Of a DNA stretch of 64,000 nt, positions 36,561 through 49,577 are shown piece by piece. Location of the stretch: NCBI GenBank assembly GCA_035221665.1, contig CM069163.1, forward strand, positions 18,848,001 through 18,912,000. Reading direction: 5' to 3'. Within the stretch, counting starts at the first letter, position 1; the number at the start of each line of letters is the position of its first letter. Source of the DNA: Okamejei kenojei (Eukaryota). The notes below the pieces were generated by a model that ran no database searches, was not told the DNA's origin, and was given only the letters and a program-made list of their open reading frames with translations. The position numbers and the translations under genes are program-made.

Positions 36561-38424
36561 CCTTTTCTTGCTGCCACCAATCGATATGATGCACTGCTCA
36601 TCCAAAGTGGTTATTTGACGTCCGAAGGCATCACGCTTGCACTTGCTTCTCCCATTTCCAGATAATCAGTTGCCTAATGTCCTTCGGGGAAGGAAACCTG
36701 CCTTTGCATCCTGCCATTGTCCGGTCAATATGCGTCTCCAAGTCGACCCCCATAATAGCAGGTTATCTACCTCCTCAGTTCGGGACAGTTAGCACTTAGT
36801 TAATAAATGCTGAGCCTAAGTGTAACATTGCACCATTGCCCTTTATTAATCTCAGCCTCTTCTGCTTTGCAGATGCCTTATTATCACATGAATGAAATCA
36901 GCCTCTGGCGTAAGGTCCATTTAACAATATTTAATTACTTTTTAAGATGCACTGAATCTGACGTTGGAAATGTAGCTACATTCTCTGTGGTCTTGCAACA
37001 TCCTGAAATGTAATCCTCTGCAACTTGTTTTATTGTGGGTGCGGCTTAAAACAAAAAGACTCAAGGACACTTGGATTAAAAATATAATGTCCAGCAGTAA
37101 GCCACAATACCTGGAAACAGGCTCAGCAGCCTTCAACAAAAGTCACATTGCTGCAACAGCAGGAACAATTTCTCCTTTTGTAATATCAAGAGAAGGGAAA
37201 GCAGTGTGCTCGTCTGCTCTGTACATTAGCCAATGAAGGCTGCCCTGCACTTTGAACATGCAGATCATTAACCTTTTGCAGCCTTGAATGGGAGTGGAGT
37301 TCTGCCCAACACTGCTGTTCATCATGTGACACCAGGGTAATAGGTATTGGCATCACTTAAGCCATGGGGGAGGGCCACAGCCCACCCCTGCCCTTTGCTA
37401 ACAAACAGGCATGCGGTTTCATATAGCTACTGAAAGAGGAAACTCCAAGCGGCTCAGTGGAAGTATCGCTACTACCACCTGGCACTGAATGGCCAGAACT
37501 GACACCTCCATAGTTCAGCCTTGTAAAAGGCAAATATAGAGACTGCAGACCTGGAAATGAAAGCCATTAATATATTTCAAGTGCCTCCTTCACAACCAAA
37601 ATAGCATCCTAAAATGTTTTAGTGTCATCGAATTCACTGCTGCACTGTAGGAAATGGAGTGTCCAGTTTGTGCACAGAAAACTCCCTTAAAGAATGATGG
37701 GGCAATGGCCTATTTATCTATTCTTGGTGATGAAGGATTATGGATAGGTGTTCATTGATGCAAACTGCCTTGGATGTCTTGGAAATTCTGCCAAGAGGGT
37801 TTCTACATCCAGCTCCGAGGAAATCTGGATCCACTGTTCTATGTCTCATCCACAAGGACGGTCATTCCAACTGTGGATCATTTCCATGGTATTAGAATTC
37901 AAACAGTCAGCTCATATACCATCAGAACTAACTTCTCGAATGGTATTAAAACCCATGATCTTCTACATCCGAATTAAGAAACATCATTAACTGAGCTGCG
38001 ATGAGCACTTCAGGGATAGATAGCAGAGGCAGAAAATCCAAAATACTTGAATATGGTAGTGAGGGGATATGTTTGCTCATAATTTTGGATTATATCTGGT
38101 AGCTATTTAGCATTATTTAGAAACGTAAAGATGATTCAGATGCTCGCCTTTTCCCATTGGTGCAGAATAACTGCCAAAGGAAAGGAATTGTAAAGGAAAT
38201 ATACTATGTTGAGTTTGTGAGCTGTTTATCAGCCTTTGGCCATCATGTGGAATGTTGTTGAGTTGGATTTCAGGTCAAGTCTGGTTGGAATTCAGGTTAA
38301 ATCTAATTTATTGCCACGTGCACAGTGAGGCTAGGTACAATGAGAATCTTGCTTGCAGGAGGATTTTTATTGTGACAGATTACAAATAGAAAAATTAAGG
38401 TACTGTAGATGCTGGGAATCTGAA

Positions 38425-38837
38425 AGGAAAAGGGGAGATGCAGCGAGACCTGGGTGCCATGGTACACCAGTCATTGAAAGTAGGCATGCAGGTGCAGCAG
38501 GCAGTGAAGAAAGCGAATGGTATGTTAGCTTTCATAGCAAAAGGATTTGAGTATAGGAGCAGGGAGGTTCCACTTCAGTTGTACAGGGTCTTGGTGAAAC
38601 CACACCTGGAGTATTGCGTACAGTTCTGGTCTCCAAATCTGAGGAAGGACATTATTGCTATAAAGGGAGTGCAGAGAAGGTTCACCAGACTGATTCCTGG
38701 GATGTCAGGACTGTCTTATGAAGAAAGACTGGATAGACTCAGTTTATACTCTCTAGAATATAGGAGATTGAGAGGGGATCTTATAGAAACTTACAAAATT
38801 CTTAAGGGGTTGGACAGGCTAGATGCAGGAAGATTGT
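38425..38837 (+). mobile_element. Young CR1 internal fragment (truncated at both ends)
   Basis: ORF 38438-38839 is nearly identical to the ORF at 6862-7674. It has no 3' UTR or tail. Confidence 0.9.
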
Positions 38838-39084
38838 AAACAACATTACTTTTAAATCTTCATTAATGGATAAAGGTTTTTTTAAATGGAAGAACTATGG
38901 AATAAATAAGATGGGTGATCTCTACAGGGAAAGTTTATTTCTTTCATTTCAGGAATTACAACAAAATTATGGATTACACTCAAAATAGTACTTTAGATAT
39001 CTACAAATTAGAGATTATGTTAAATCAAATACACCAGATTTTAGGAGTAGAAAGACGGAAATTTTAGATGAATGTCTAAATAAA
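38838..39084 (+). mobile_element. L1-clade LINE ORF2 fragment
   Basis: Reads HYFKSSLMDKGFFKWKNYGINKMGDLY...FLSFQELQQNYGL...*YFRYLQIRDYV, similar to the fish L1 C-terminal SF..L...F.L....FFRYLQIR motif. Confidence 0.65.
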
Positions 39085-40289
39085 CTATACCATCCAGTGA
39101 TCTCAGCTGGTCAGGTGCATTATCATTGCACTTTCCCTGCACCCATATCATGACCTGAGACAAGCCATGAAGAGCAGTCTGTCTCTGCCACAGTGACGTA
39201 TCTCAATTTTTTACATCTAGCTACCCTGGCTTAGTGATATTGCTAATTAGTTAGAGCTTGCATCGTGCAAAGAGCCCTTGAGTGCTAGAAGATAGATTGA
39301 AGCTGTAAAATTTCACACTACTTTAGGCAAGGTGGGGAAGCGACTTGCCAAGGGCACTCTCATGTACAAATCTGTCTTAAAAGGGTATTTATGGGACGCA
39401 CTGGTCAAGAAGGCTTTGAATATCAGGATCAACATTGACCCATCTGATCATCCGGTATTTGCGTTTATCATCTCTGCTCTGTTCCTTACAGTGATAACTG
39501 CACTCTGCTTGCCTATAATTGTTTCCACACGAGATGGAAAGAAAACAAGTACATTTTGTACAGAAATAAGGAGTTCAAACAAACGAATTAGCTCAGCACG
39601 ATATCAGCACAATGATGGATGGTTACATCGGTATACCATCCGGAAATATCGCGTTCTCCTTACAGCATGTAAAGATTGCTGTAATAATGTTAAAAATGAA
39701 TAATGCTTCCAAAGAAGTGGTGCTGCTTTAATCTACAGAGCGGTAACTGTGCTGAAATCTAGGCGGGGCGAGGAGGTGGAGAAATGTGAAGTCAGTGTGG
39801 GACAAGATCAGTTTATCCGTCATTCACACACCCATAGATACATTCCCTTAGAGACAGAGGTACATACGCACATTGGTGTTTACATTCGCTTGTGCATCAT
39901 GCAGTCAATCTTGGATGGCCTTTCTTAAGGTTATTGTTTTGCTTGACAACCTCAGTTACCTATTTCAGCCCACCAACACTAAAATGCTCTTGTAATTCTA
40001 CTCTGATGAACTTTAGCCGCTCTGTTTGAGGACACATGATAAAGGGTGCACAGCCTTGGAATTCTCTCTGTAATCTCCTCCATCTTTGTATTTGCCCAAT
40101 TTAATGTAAGAACCTCCTTAAGACCATGTATCTTGGTCACCAGTCATTGTCACATTGTGTTTGGCACTTCTGGGAGACACGAGGGCCAGGTCAGTATTCT
40201 TGCCCACTAATGAAGAATGAGCATGTGCGCAACGTTATGACTGATTTGGATGAGTTAAAGTGGATGGAAACTGCTCACATTAGTGCTCC

Positions 40290-40592
40290 ATTGCTGAGGT
40301 GGGTTTTGCTGAACCTGGGAGTTGTAGGAACGTAGTTGTTACTGAACCTGGAGGTGTGGGACTTCAGACTTTTGTACCTCCTGCCTGATGGTAACAATGA
40401 GAAGAGGGCAATGTTCGGATGGAGGGGATCATTGAGGGTAGATGTTGCTGTCCAGATACAGCATCTCGTGGCAGATCCTTTTGATGGTGGGGAGTGCTGT
40501 GCCCATGATGGACTGGGTGACTCGACCAGCCTCTGCAGTCTCTTGCATTTCTCTGCATTGGCATTGCCGTACCAGCCATGGTGCACCCAGTC
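40290..40592 (-). mobile_element. Rex1/Babar-like LINE 3' fragment
   Basis: ORF 40275-40658 reads WYGNANAEKCKRLQRLV...DPLHPNIALFSLLPSGRRYKSLKSHTSRFSNNY. Confidence 0.75.
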
Positions 40593-42212
40593 ACAACTTA
40601 CATGGGATGTTTTAAGGAAGAACATTTTACACAGAGACCGGGAAGTTCCGACCAACAAAGATGGTGGAAAACAGAATTAATCAAAGTTTTATAAGGAGAT
40701 TGGAAAGGCACTTGAAGGGAAATAATTAGCAGGGCTCTGGGAAAAGACTGGGGAAATGGGGTTAAAGGGATTGTTTGACAAAGAGGTGGCATGGGCTCAA
40801 TGGGCCAAATGGCCCTCTTCACTGAGGGAATTTTAAGGGTGAATGAATAGCTGAAATGGGATGGTTGAATCATCTCAATGTGATTGATCAGGAGTGTAGA
40901 GGCATTTGACGTTATGATTATGCACATTTATGGCAGGAATAAAAGAGGGATCTGTTCTTCCTTAACACTGCAGCATTTATTGACAAACTGGCTACATTGT
41001 GAAAATGCTCCTTTCTTTCTCATATTCGTGCCTGTTCCAGAGTAACCCAGCGCATTTCACCAACACTGGCCTGCAACCCCTGGTGGAGTGAAAGAGTGGA
41101 TAAAAACTGCAGTGTGCTTGTTTTTTTTTCTTTGTCCCTGCATTCACATGAAACCTTTAACCTATTTGTCTGGCCTGCATTGAGAAAAATAACAATACAT
41201 TATTGAGCTAATGTGTTGCTGAAATCAGTTTTCATAGACCCAGCATTGTGCAAGGTCACAATTGTTGGGACTAATGAATGCTGCTAGTCACACAGCCTGA
41301 GCAGGGAATATTGCAAAGTTTCAAGTCGGGCATTAATAGTGTAATTATGGCTGTGACACTGGCTGGAGATAATTGAGATTCAGCAATGGTTGGAGGTCTG
41401 TGACTCTTCACGGACTTGCTGTGGCGTTGCATTCTCTGTGAGCTGTGTACATTTCAAAATCAAACTGGGTTGAGATTGTTCTGTCATTGTAGGGCCTATT
41501 CTATTGCAGGCGCTGTGTTCGTTCCCCCTGCCAGCTGGTTTCCTGACAATTAACAATCTAGAAAATAAGGCACGAACTTGTGGCTCTGTGAGTTAAAAAA
41601 AAATGCAATCCTGTAAAATCAATACAGTTGTTTCCCCCCTCTGTTTGGATGTCTCTTGCCAATAGTGGAATTGACATCCGCGTTTGAAAGGCCGGAGAGG
41701 GGATTGGAGCATGGAGAATGGGAAGCGAGGGTCCCCCGGCTCCACTAACAAATCAGACATACCATGGACTAATCACCTGGAGCAGTGCTTGGTCATTCCT
41801 GGGTTAGCTGGTGAGTAAGGGAAGCTGCTCCTACAAATGGTTAAACAGTAACGGGTGAGCAAATGATCTAGTTGAAGGTTTGGGATCAGGCATGTGTCAT
41901 TTTTTTTAAAGAATGTTAGGTGTGAATGGGATAGGGTTTGGCTTTCATTAGCTGCATTATATGGTCCCTGAATGTCCACCACCTAAACGTTTGCTGCTGA
42001 GCTCTTCTCAACTCCAAGACAGCCCCGATGCTCTACACTCACTGACGAACATCTGAAGTGTTGCAGCTGCTGACTTGATCGACAGGCACAGCAAGATCCA
42101 TCAAACAGGAACACGATGATCTGCTTCTAATGCTGTTGGGTGAAAGATAAATATTGGCCAGGATACCTAGGATAAACTCCCCGCTTAGCTTCAAGAGAGG
42201 GCAGATAAAGTG

Positions 42213-42510
42213 CGGAGGCGCAGCGGTGGTGTTGCTGCCTTACAGCGCTCGCAGCGCCGGAGATTTGGCTTCAACCCCGACTAGGGGCGCTGTCTACGGA
42301 GTTTGTACGTTCTCCCCGCGATCTTGTGGGTTTTCTCCGAGATCTTCGGTTTCCTCCCACACTCCAAAGTCATACAGGTATGTAGGCAAATGGCTTGGTA
42401 AATGTTTAAAAAAATTAACGCCCGTAGCGTGTGTAGGGTAGTGTTAATATGCGGGGATCGCTGGGCGGCGCGGACCCGGTGGGCCGAAGGGCCTGGTTCC
42501 CTGCTGTATG
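42213..42510 (+). mobile_element. Full-length V-SINE (HE1-like)
   Basis: tRNA-like head GGCGCAGCGGT..TTGCTGCCTTACAGC, V-domain GGAGTTTGTACGTTCTCCCCG...GGTTTCCTCCCACACTCCAAAG, and a LINE-like 3' end GGGCCGAAGGGCCTG. Confidence 0.85.
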
Positions 42511-43386
42511 GAAGTGAAGCCTGGATGGTGCAGACCCAGGTGTGCAACAACAATCAATCATCTTGGGAGACGCGAGGCAGAAAAATAGAAAGAAAACATT
42601 CAGCAGTTTTTACACTTGACTGGAGATTAAGATTCAATGGGGAAGACAAACTAATCCACAAGGAGACAACAGTTTCAACATATATCGTTTTGACAAAGTG
42701 CCCCAGTTTGTTGTTTATGTGGTTCTCTGAGGAATGTTGGGCAGCAGGACTCTCTGCTCCTCCCTGTCCCAGCACGGCCCTGCTCCCAATAACAGCTGAG
42801 AAGACACGGGCACTGGAACGCAACTCTCTCTCCGTTTATTGCACGTTCCACAAATATTCGCAGTAAAGGGATAGTGAAGAATATACCGACGACCTCAATT
42901 CTATGAATGGCTTTTCCAAAAAAGTGCCCTATCTCAGCTGCCAGAAATACAGGGTGCATCAGTAGATGGGCTTATCTGGTGCACTGCACGTGCTCCCTTG
43001 CATTCATTCTACTCACTGTCACTTTAACTCTTGTACTCACGAGATTGACGGACGGCAATGCTTACTTTTTTTTCTCTTGAGGTGCGGGAACGTCAAACTT
43101 GGTGATGGGGGAGGGGGACCATGGGCTAGGCTTCCGATTACAGTTTCCATGACACTTTATGCAATGATATTTTATTGTCACATGTACCTAGGTACAGTGA
43201 AACGCCTTGTTTTCATACAACCCGATAAAATCATTTGGCAAACACCGAGAAAGTTGCAAAGAACATTCTTATCTACTGCCTGCCGCCGCACGTGAATGCA
43301 GGCATCCCCCAACCCACACCCCCCCCCCCACCGGGTCCCCCTTCATTCTCGACAGCCCCCCGCCGCCCCCCCCGATTGTTCTCAAC

Positions 43387-43660
43387 AGTTTAGTTTAGAG
43401 ATACAGCATGGTACAGGCTCTTAGGCCCACCAAATACAACTGTGTATCACCCGTTCACGCTAGTTCTGTGTTGTCCCACTTCCTCATCCACTTCCCACAG
43501 ACTCGGTGAAATTCAGAAAGGACAATTAATCTACAGACTCCCACATCTTTAGGATGTGGGTCAAACCAGAGCAGCAGGAGAAAACCCATGTGGTCACAAG
43601 GAGAATGTACAATCTCCACACGGATAGTATGCAAGGTCAGGATAGGGCCTGGGTGTCTGG
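43387..43660 (-). mobile_element. V-SINE
   Basis: GTTTAGTTTAGAGATACAGCATGG tail and reverse V-domain GAGAAAACCCATGTGGTCACAAGGAGAATGTACAATCTCCACAC. Confidence 0.7.
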
Positions 43661-44337
43661 GGTGGGTGGGGTATGTGTGTATCTATGGCATGATTAGAAA
43701 CTGTGTTGCGTCCGTTTGCTGCCATCTGCAGTCGAATACCCCATTGCTGCTCACCATCGAAACTCGCAGATGAAGAATGGATAATTGAGGGTTTCGGGGA
43801 GTAGCTGAGCTCCTGAGTCATCAACTCGAGGAGGGAAAAAGTTTAACACTGAAAGGAGGAAGTGTTCTCAGAATGTCTTTTGTTCTTAATTATCATTTCA
43901 TTCTGCATGCAACAAGTTTGACATGGTTATTTTGAGGAAGAAGGTTCAGAAGGTTCTCTTCACGTTGCTAAGTCTTTCATAACATTTAGTCTAAATGTAA
44001 CCTTAAAATACGGAGAAATGCCTTTCTTAGCATCAACAGTGATGTACAACACACAATCAAACATTCTGTTCTGATTGTGTACTCTGAATACATTATCTTT
44101 GAAAAACTAGTTCAGCAAGGTCTGTTCAACCTCAGCAAGATCTGTTCAACCCTTTAGTGCCTCTATTTGAGTATAATGTTAAATAGTAACTGTGCTTGCC
44201 CCTTGCCCTGAATAGACAACATGGATATTCTGACAAGCCAAACTTCCAGATGTTACAATTTCCATGATCTGTCCTTGAAAATGAACCAGAAATGCACAGA
44301 GAGCCTTAGCTAACTAAAGTGGGGGAGAATATCAGTC

Positions 44338-44432
44338 GCACACAAAAGGCTGGAGAAACTCAGCGGGTGCAGCAGCACCTAAGGAGCGAAGGAGATAGGC
44401 GACGTTTCGGGTCGAGACCCTTCTTCAGACTC
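44338..44432 (-). mobile_element. Penelope-derived mini-element with 10-bp TSD
   Basis: AATATCAGTC at 44328-44337 and 44433-44442. Confidence 0.8.
44401..44428 (-). ncRNA. Minimal hammerhead-ribozyme-like core (antisense to RALGDS)
   Basis: Minus strand reads CUGAAGA-A-GGGU(CUCG)ACCC-GAAAC-GUC: all core nucleotides, helix II and palindromic ACGU at helix III. Helix I is weak. Confidence 0.55.
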
Positions 44433-47070
44433 AATATCAGTCCATTCCTTGTGTTCTAGCCTGTCCATCCCCTTTTTATTCTCACATGAAAGAGTTGCCT
44501 TGTACAGGTGCAGGCAGGACACAAATTGCAAACAACTGGATAACAAAGCTCATAGCATTGTAACTTAGTTGCTAGCACTCTTGTGTCAAAGCAGCAGATG
44601 CTGAAAACACTCAGCAGGCAAATTGCCTCTAATATTCTGCATCACATAAAGGGTTGTGGTTGGATGGGACATTTTGACATAACAAAAGGTGCTTTGAATT
44701 TGCAAATCTTTTGCTCATTTGATCCACACCTGTAGTTTATGGGAACCAACCTATTATGAACAGAGAAGATCTGGGAGATGTCTATCTAATGGATCATCAT
44801 GGATCCTGGAGAACTTAATTAATTACTGAAATAATGAAGTAGATCTCTTGTAAGCTCTTAATGATTCGAAGTTGGAAATATGGACGGGCGTCTAAGCTCG
44901 TTGGCTTTATTCAATGAATTCCTCACTGGCTGAAGATAGGCATGTTGAGTTATCCTTCATACCAGCCTGGCTATCGCATTACACCACTCACGCAACCCGG
45001 TCTACACACACTACTTAGAGTCGCCAAAGCAGCTGGCAACCCGGAGTCGCATCAGAAATGAGGATTGGAAAACTAGAATTAAACTGCGGGGGAGTAGTAG
45101 TTATTGATGTCAAATGAACGCTTTTTACCTTGACATCGATTTGGATGGTAAATATTTAGCGTAACCATGGTGCTTTATCTGGCCTGGCTCCAACGCACTA
45201 AGAGATGGGGAGCAGTGAAAGGAGAATCAATAAACTTTCTCTCTGCAGGAAAATAACTCCAAAGGTTTAATTTCATGCATGTGGGATTACAAACCGTGCC
45301 AAGTGTGTGATGTGTTCATGTGCATTTGTATACTTGTGTGTTTGCACTGTGCCAAGATGCTCCATGGGTGGAAGTTCTAACCACAGGAATACTTCCTTTA
45401 ACCTGTGGAGGAAGGAATCCAGTAAATGGAATTGTAGACCATAATCTTTCCAGACAAATGTTGGATAGAAAAGAGAATCAAGGACAGATCTGCATTTACT
45501 CAAAGTTGTTTCAAGATTCCATCCAAATCGGTGTCCATAGCTACCATCCACATTAGACAAAAATCAAGACCAATGGATTTGTTTTTTAGTTGAAGGAAGA
45601 AAGTGAGTCAGTCTCATTTGAATTGGTTCGCATCTTTCTGGACAGATAGAGGGAACATCACTGCAACCTTACAAAAAGAGTGATGCTGGGAGAGGAGAGG
45701 CCTGTAGTTTAGTGGGGTGCTTTTCGAAAGGAGAATCTGATGATGTGTAAAAATAATGACATCAAGCCGCACTTATGCGAGTTAAATGTTATGAGTTGTA
45801 GATAAACCATTATTTTTGCCGTAATTGGTCCACACTTCAGTGGAGTTGTGACGGCATTACAGACAGGTGTAGCAATATAGCCTTTGCGCAAGCCTCTAGT
45901 GTTACACGCTACACGAGAGCCTAGCCTCTTGTGTAACCTTTCCTCAGGACTGTTGAAGGAATATTGGCTCTTGCCTGAATAAGTTTTAGTTGAGTTGGCT
46001 GCACCAAAACCTTTTTTTTCTTTTCTTGTGACACACAAAACTGAATTCATGCGTCTACAGTGTGTGCGTGTACTGGTGAGAGGACATAGCAGAACAAGCC
46101 ACAGGGACGATGGCATTGACCGCACCAAGTTTGGCCATGTCACTGTTAAACTGTAGTGGACAACATGGCTGTCCTGACACGAAGCCTCAGCATATATGAA
46201 TGAATTAAGAATATGGACTGGAAAATGAACAAATTCATTTGTTGAACGTTTTTGAGAATGCAAATTCTTGACTTCAAGTTTCCAGACAAAATACATAGTT
46301 TCTATGGAGGAGACATTGAAGAATGTGGGAGAATTTCATCAACCTACAAGCGACTAATACAGCTATAGATCTAAACAAAGAATCATAGCAAAGTCCTCGG
46401 CTACAACACTTAGCATGGGGAGCACTGAGACCGGCCATTTGAAAACGGCCAACTGTTGTTGTTCCCTAAAGATGGGTCGCATTTCAACAGCTTGCAGATT
46501 CAATGTTAGTAGCGGCAGCAAATGGCCAGTGCATTAACATGTGAAACGATATATCTACAAACTGGAAATAAGTCGTGACATTTTACTATGTCAAATTCAT
46601 CCCTAAAGTGCTATTGGAGAGTCTTCTCTACCAACCTGCCAGCAACCTTCTCTACCAACCTCCGGAGATTTGTGTCATTAAGGTCAATTCAGTGCACAGT
46701 GCCACACGACATAACATGAGTTATACGACCTGAAAAACGTTTGCAGAGCCTCTGCTTAACATCCAAAGACACTCCAAAGTGCATCCCTCCCTAGGTAGTG
46801 TCAGTCTGGATTATGTTTCTAACCAGTTTATCCAATGACGCATTTATCTTAACAACCGCCTCAATCTCCCAGCCCAGATTAGTTGGGAATTAACTCGGTG
46901 CAGACAGCACTTTATCTGCATGTCCATGTGGCACACTGTTTTACAACATGAAAGGCAATATATAAATGCAGTGTGTGGTTGGATCTACTTTCAGACTTAA
47001 TCTAGATGCATCTTGAGGGAGGCATCATGTAAAAGTGGCCACAGCAGCTGCTGAGGCAGAAGCAGTGTGA

Positions 47071-47090
47071 TGACTCAGTGGGGAAACTCC
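47071..47090 (+). promoter_or_regulatory. Adjacent AP-1 and NF-kB consensus sites in intron 1
   Basis: TGACTCA (47071-47077) and GGGAAACTCC (47081-47090); a second TGAGTCA at 47294-47300; non-repetitive context. Confidence 0.35.
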
Positions 47091-49237
47091 TGCCATGCAT
47101 GACACAAAGGGTTTAAAAACAAGTAAGGCAGAGACTGAACGGCACAGTGGTCAGGGCTGGAGTGGATTGTATTTGCACTGTTCCTTCCACTCGCTGTGAA
47201 ACTGAATTTGCAGAAGTGTTGTGGTTGTGGCTCCTTCAGAATTGATTCAAACAGAGAAACTCAGCAAACCTTAAATTAGTAACCACTGCATTCTGAGTCA
47301 TGGAAGAGTGAATAGTGTAAGTCTGAAATCACGCAAGCATCACAAAAGCGTGACATGAAAGTGTAAACTGAATGGTCAGCTCAATTCGGTTTTTTCGCTT
47401 TCTCCTGAAGATGTCCAGAGGGAATATTCTAGAGGCCGATCTCACCTTATTGCAAATATTTTATCCAGATGGACATTGTTAAACGATGAGCTGTTTTAAT
47501 TGAAACAAAATCCGACCGTTCTCACATTTACCAATTCTCATCAAAACATCCCACTTTTTAAAACCAAACATTAGTCAATCCAATGCAACCCTGGTTTTCC
47601 TCATCATTGGTGCCCAGCCCTAAACATTGGCTTTTCTTTCTTGAATCTCCTTTTGCCTGGAGCTTAAAACCGTCTACTTTGCTATGCCGTTGGGGAACGT
47701 TGACCAAACGCTTGGAAAAGTAACTGATTTGAAACCATATCTTAAGGAAAGCCAGTGGTTTTGGCATCAGTGAAATGATGAAAACTAGGATTGAACTGGA
47801 CAAGATTAGCTTTAATAATTGAGGTTTTCATGAGAAGCAGTAAAAATGGAATGTGTTAGTTTTTGTTTCTGTTTAAATAGCCTTTGATAATCTTACAACA
47901 GTTATTGTAGCTGGGTGTCGAAGATCCTGTTATGGTTAAATAGTGAAGATGATATAGAAATGTCTGTCATTATTTTGTGTTATGTAGACATAGTATATAT
48001 CTGATGCATCCCATCAGCAGTAATAAAGCAAAAAGCCAGTGCAGCTGCAGAGACGTTGATGGATGTGCAGGGGTATGGATCAGGTGCTGGCAGGTAAGGG
48101 TTGGCCTAGGCGTCATGTTCAGATATTCTTGGCTGATGGGCCTTTTCCTGAGCTGCATTGCTCTATGTTTAACGTTAATTAGGTTCTACTGACATTACCT
48201 GAGCGACACTTACCTAAGCAGGTTCAGTCTTTAGCGAAAAAAACTGCAGCTGCCAGAAATCTGAAATAAAAACAAAATTCTGGAAGTACTCAGTAGGTCA
48301 GGTGGCTTCTAGGAAGAGAGTCTAACATATTTCAAACTGACCGTTCATGTTATTTAAGGGGTTCTGTTCATGATGATGAAGCATTGCCGTTATTTCAAGT
48401 AATGGTATGGTGTTTTGTGCAAAGCCAGACTTGATTCATCTCAGTGGTTGGAATCCGCAGGGCTGGGTCGAGGCTTCACTCAATCGGAAACTTATTCTTC
48501 ATGAAAGACACAATTACCTTTGGAGGGTACAGTAGGAATTCACCTGGGGAATTTATGACTTATCGGGTTAAATTCTGAGATCTTGATGCATGAATATGGC
48601 ATCTACTTTTAATTCTGAAGGCAGATCCATGTAACACGGAATAGCTTTTTTTGTGTTTGAAGGATTTGTTTAGTAATGTTAAAAGAAGTTTGTTTACACA
48701 ATGCAGTGAACTGCAACAGTGGGATTGCTGATTTATCAAAAGTAACATCTGCCGTTTCTGTCTCCACCAACCAAGTAAAACAAAAAAAAAAATCGTTGAG
48801 CGTTTTATTGTGAAGAGATTGAGCAACTTTTTTCAACAGGAAGTTCAAGCGAAGCTAAGTCTAGCTACTCATTTGGTATTCCGAGAAGCTGGGATAGTAA
48901 TCGGAACCTCACAACCGTGCACGTGCTCAGGGTCATCAGACAAGGCAGGGAAACAGAGGGGCGTCTGGGCTATAGGGATTATACCCAAATGCCAAGGCTG
49001 TTTTGGCAACTCTTTTTCCTTTCCTCGTCTGCACACGCCTGTTTGCGGTCATATATCAATGGATTTGATGCCGGCTCATAAAGTCATTCAGTACGTAAAC
49101 AGGCCCATCATAAGTTCTAGGAGCAGAATTAGGCCATTCAGCCCATCAAGTCTATTTCGCCATTCAATCATGGCTGATCTATCATTCCCTCTCAACCCCA
49201 TTTTCCTGCCTTCGCCCCATAACCCCTGACACCCTTA

Positions 49238-49577
49238 AGGGCCTGTCCCACTGTACGAGGTAATTCAAGAGTTCTCCCGAGTTCTCCCCTGATTCGAGCT
49301 CGTGTAGTGTACGTAGCGGGTACGTAGGGGCTCATGGATGTCACGTAGCGGCTCATACGAGTAACGGTAGGTACTCGGGAAATCCAGTAAACTCGTGACG
49401 TTTTTTCAACACTGTGAAAAATATCCACAATTTTTAAAAAAAACAAAAAAAAACTTTTTTGATGAAAAAAATTGTTACTTTTTACTCGTACGAGGCCCTA
49501 CGTACCCGCTACGTACATTACACGAGCTCGAATCATCGGAGAACTCGTGAATTACCTCGTACAGTGGGACAGGCCCT
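49238..49577. mobile_element. PIF/Harbinger-like palindromic MITE nested in a CR1 3' end
   Basis: TIRs of about 90 bp (AGGGCCTGTCCCACTGTACGAGGTAATTC... / ...GAATTACCTCGTACAGTGGGACAGGCCCT), flanked by TTA and TCA. The host CR1 (minus strand, from about 49105) resumes with CTAATCAA. Confidence 0.75.

Noticed and set aside
42213-42290. tRNA gene (also near 60210)
   Set aside because: The A/B-box-like head continues into a V-domain and LINE-derived tail, so it is a SINE head rather than a cloverleaf gene.
45709-46296. Longest non-transposon ORF (195 aa, minus strand) as a nested gene
   Set aside because: No recognisable domain, composition like translated non-coding DNA, and no supporting exon structure; an ORF of this length can arise by chance in 64 kb.
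44111-46662. Short tandem duplications (TCAGCAAG.TCTGTTCAACC x2 near 44111; CTTCTCTACCAACCT x2 near 46623)
   Set aside because: Ordinary slippage duplications with no further structure.
47095-47128. ATG after the NF-kB site with AA|GTAAGG donor as another first exon
   Set aside because: The donor is phase 1 relative to that ATG, which is incompatible with phase-0 exon 2.
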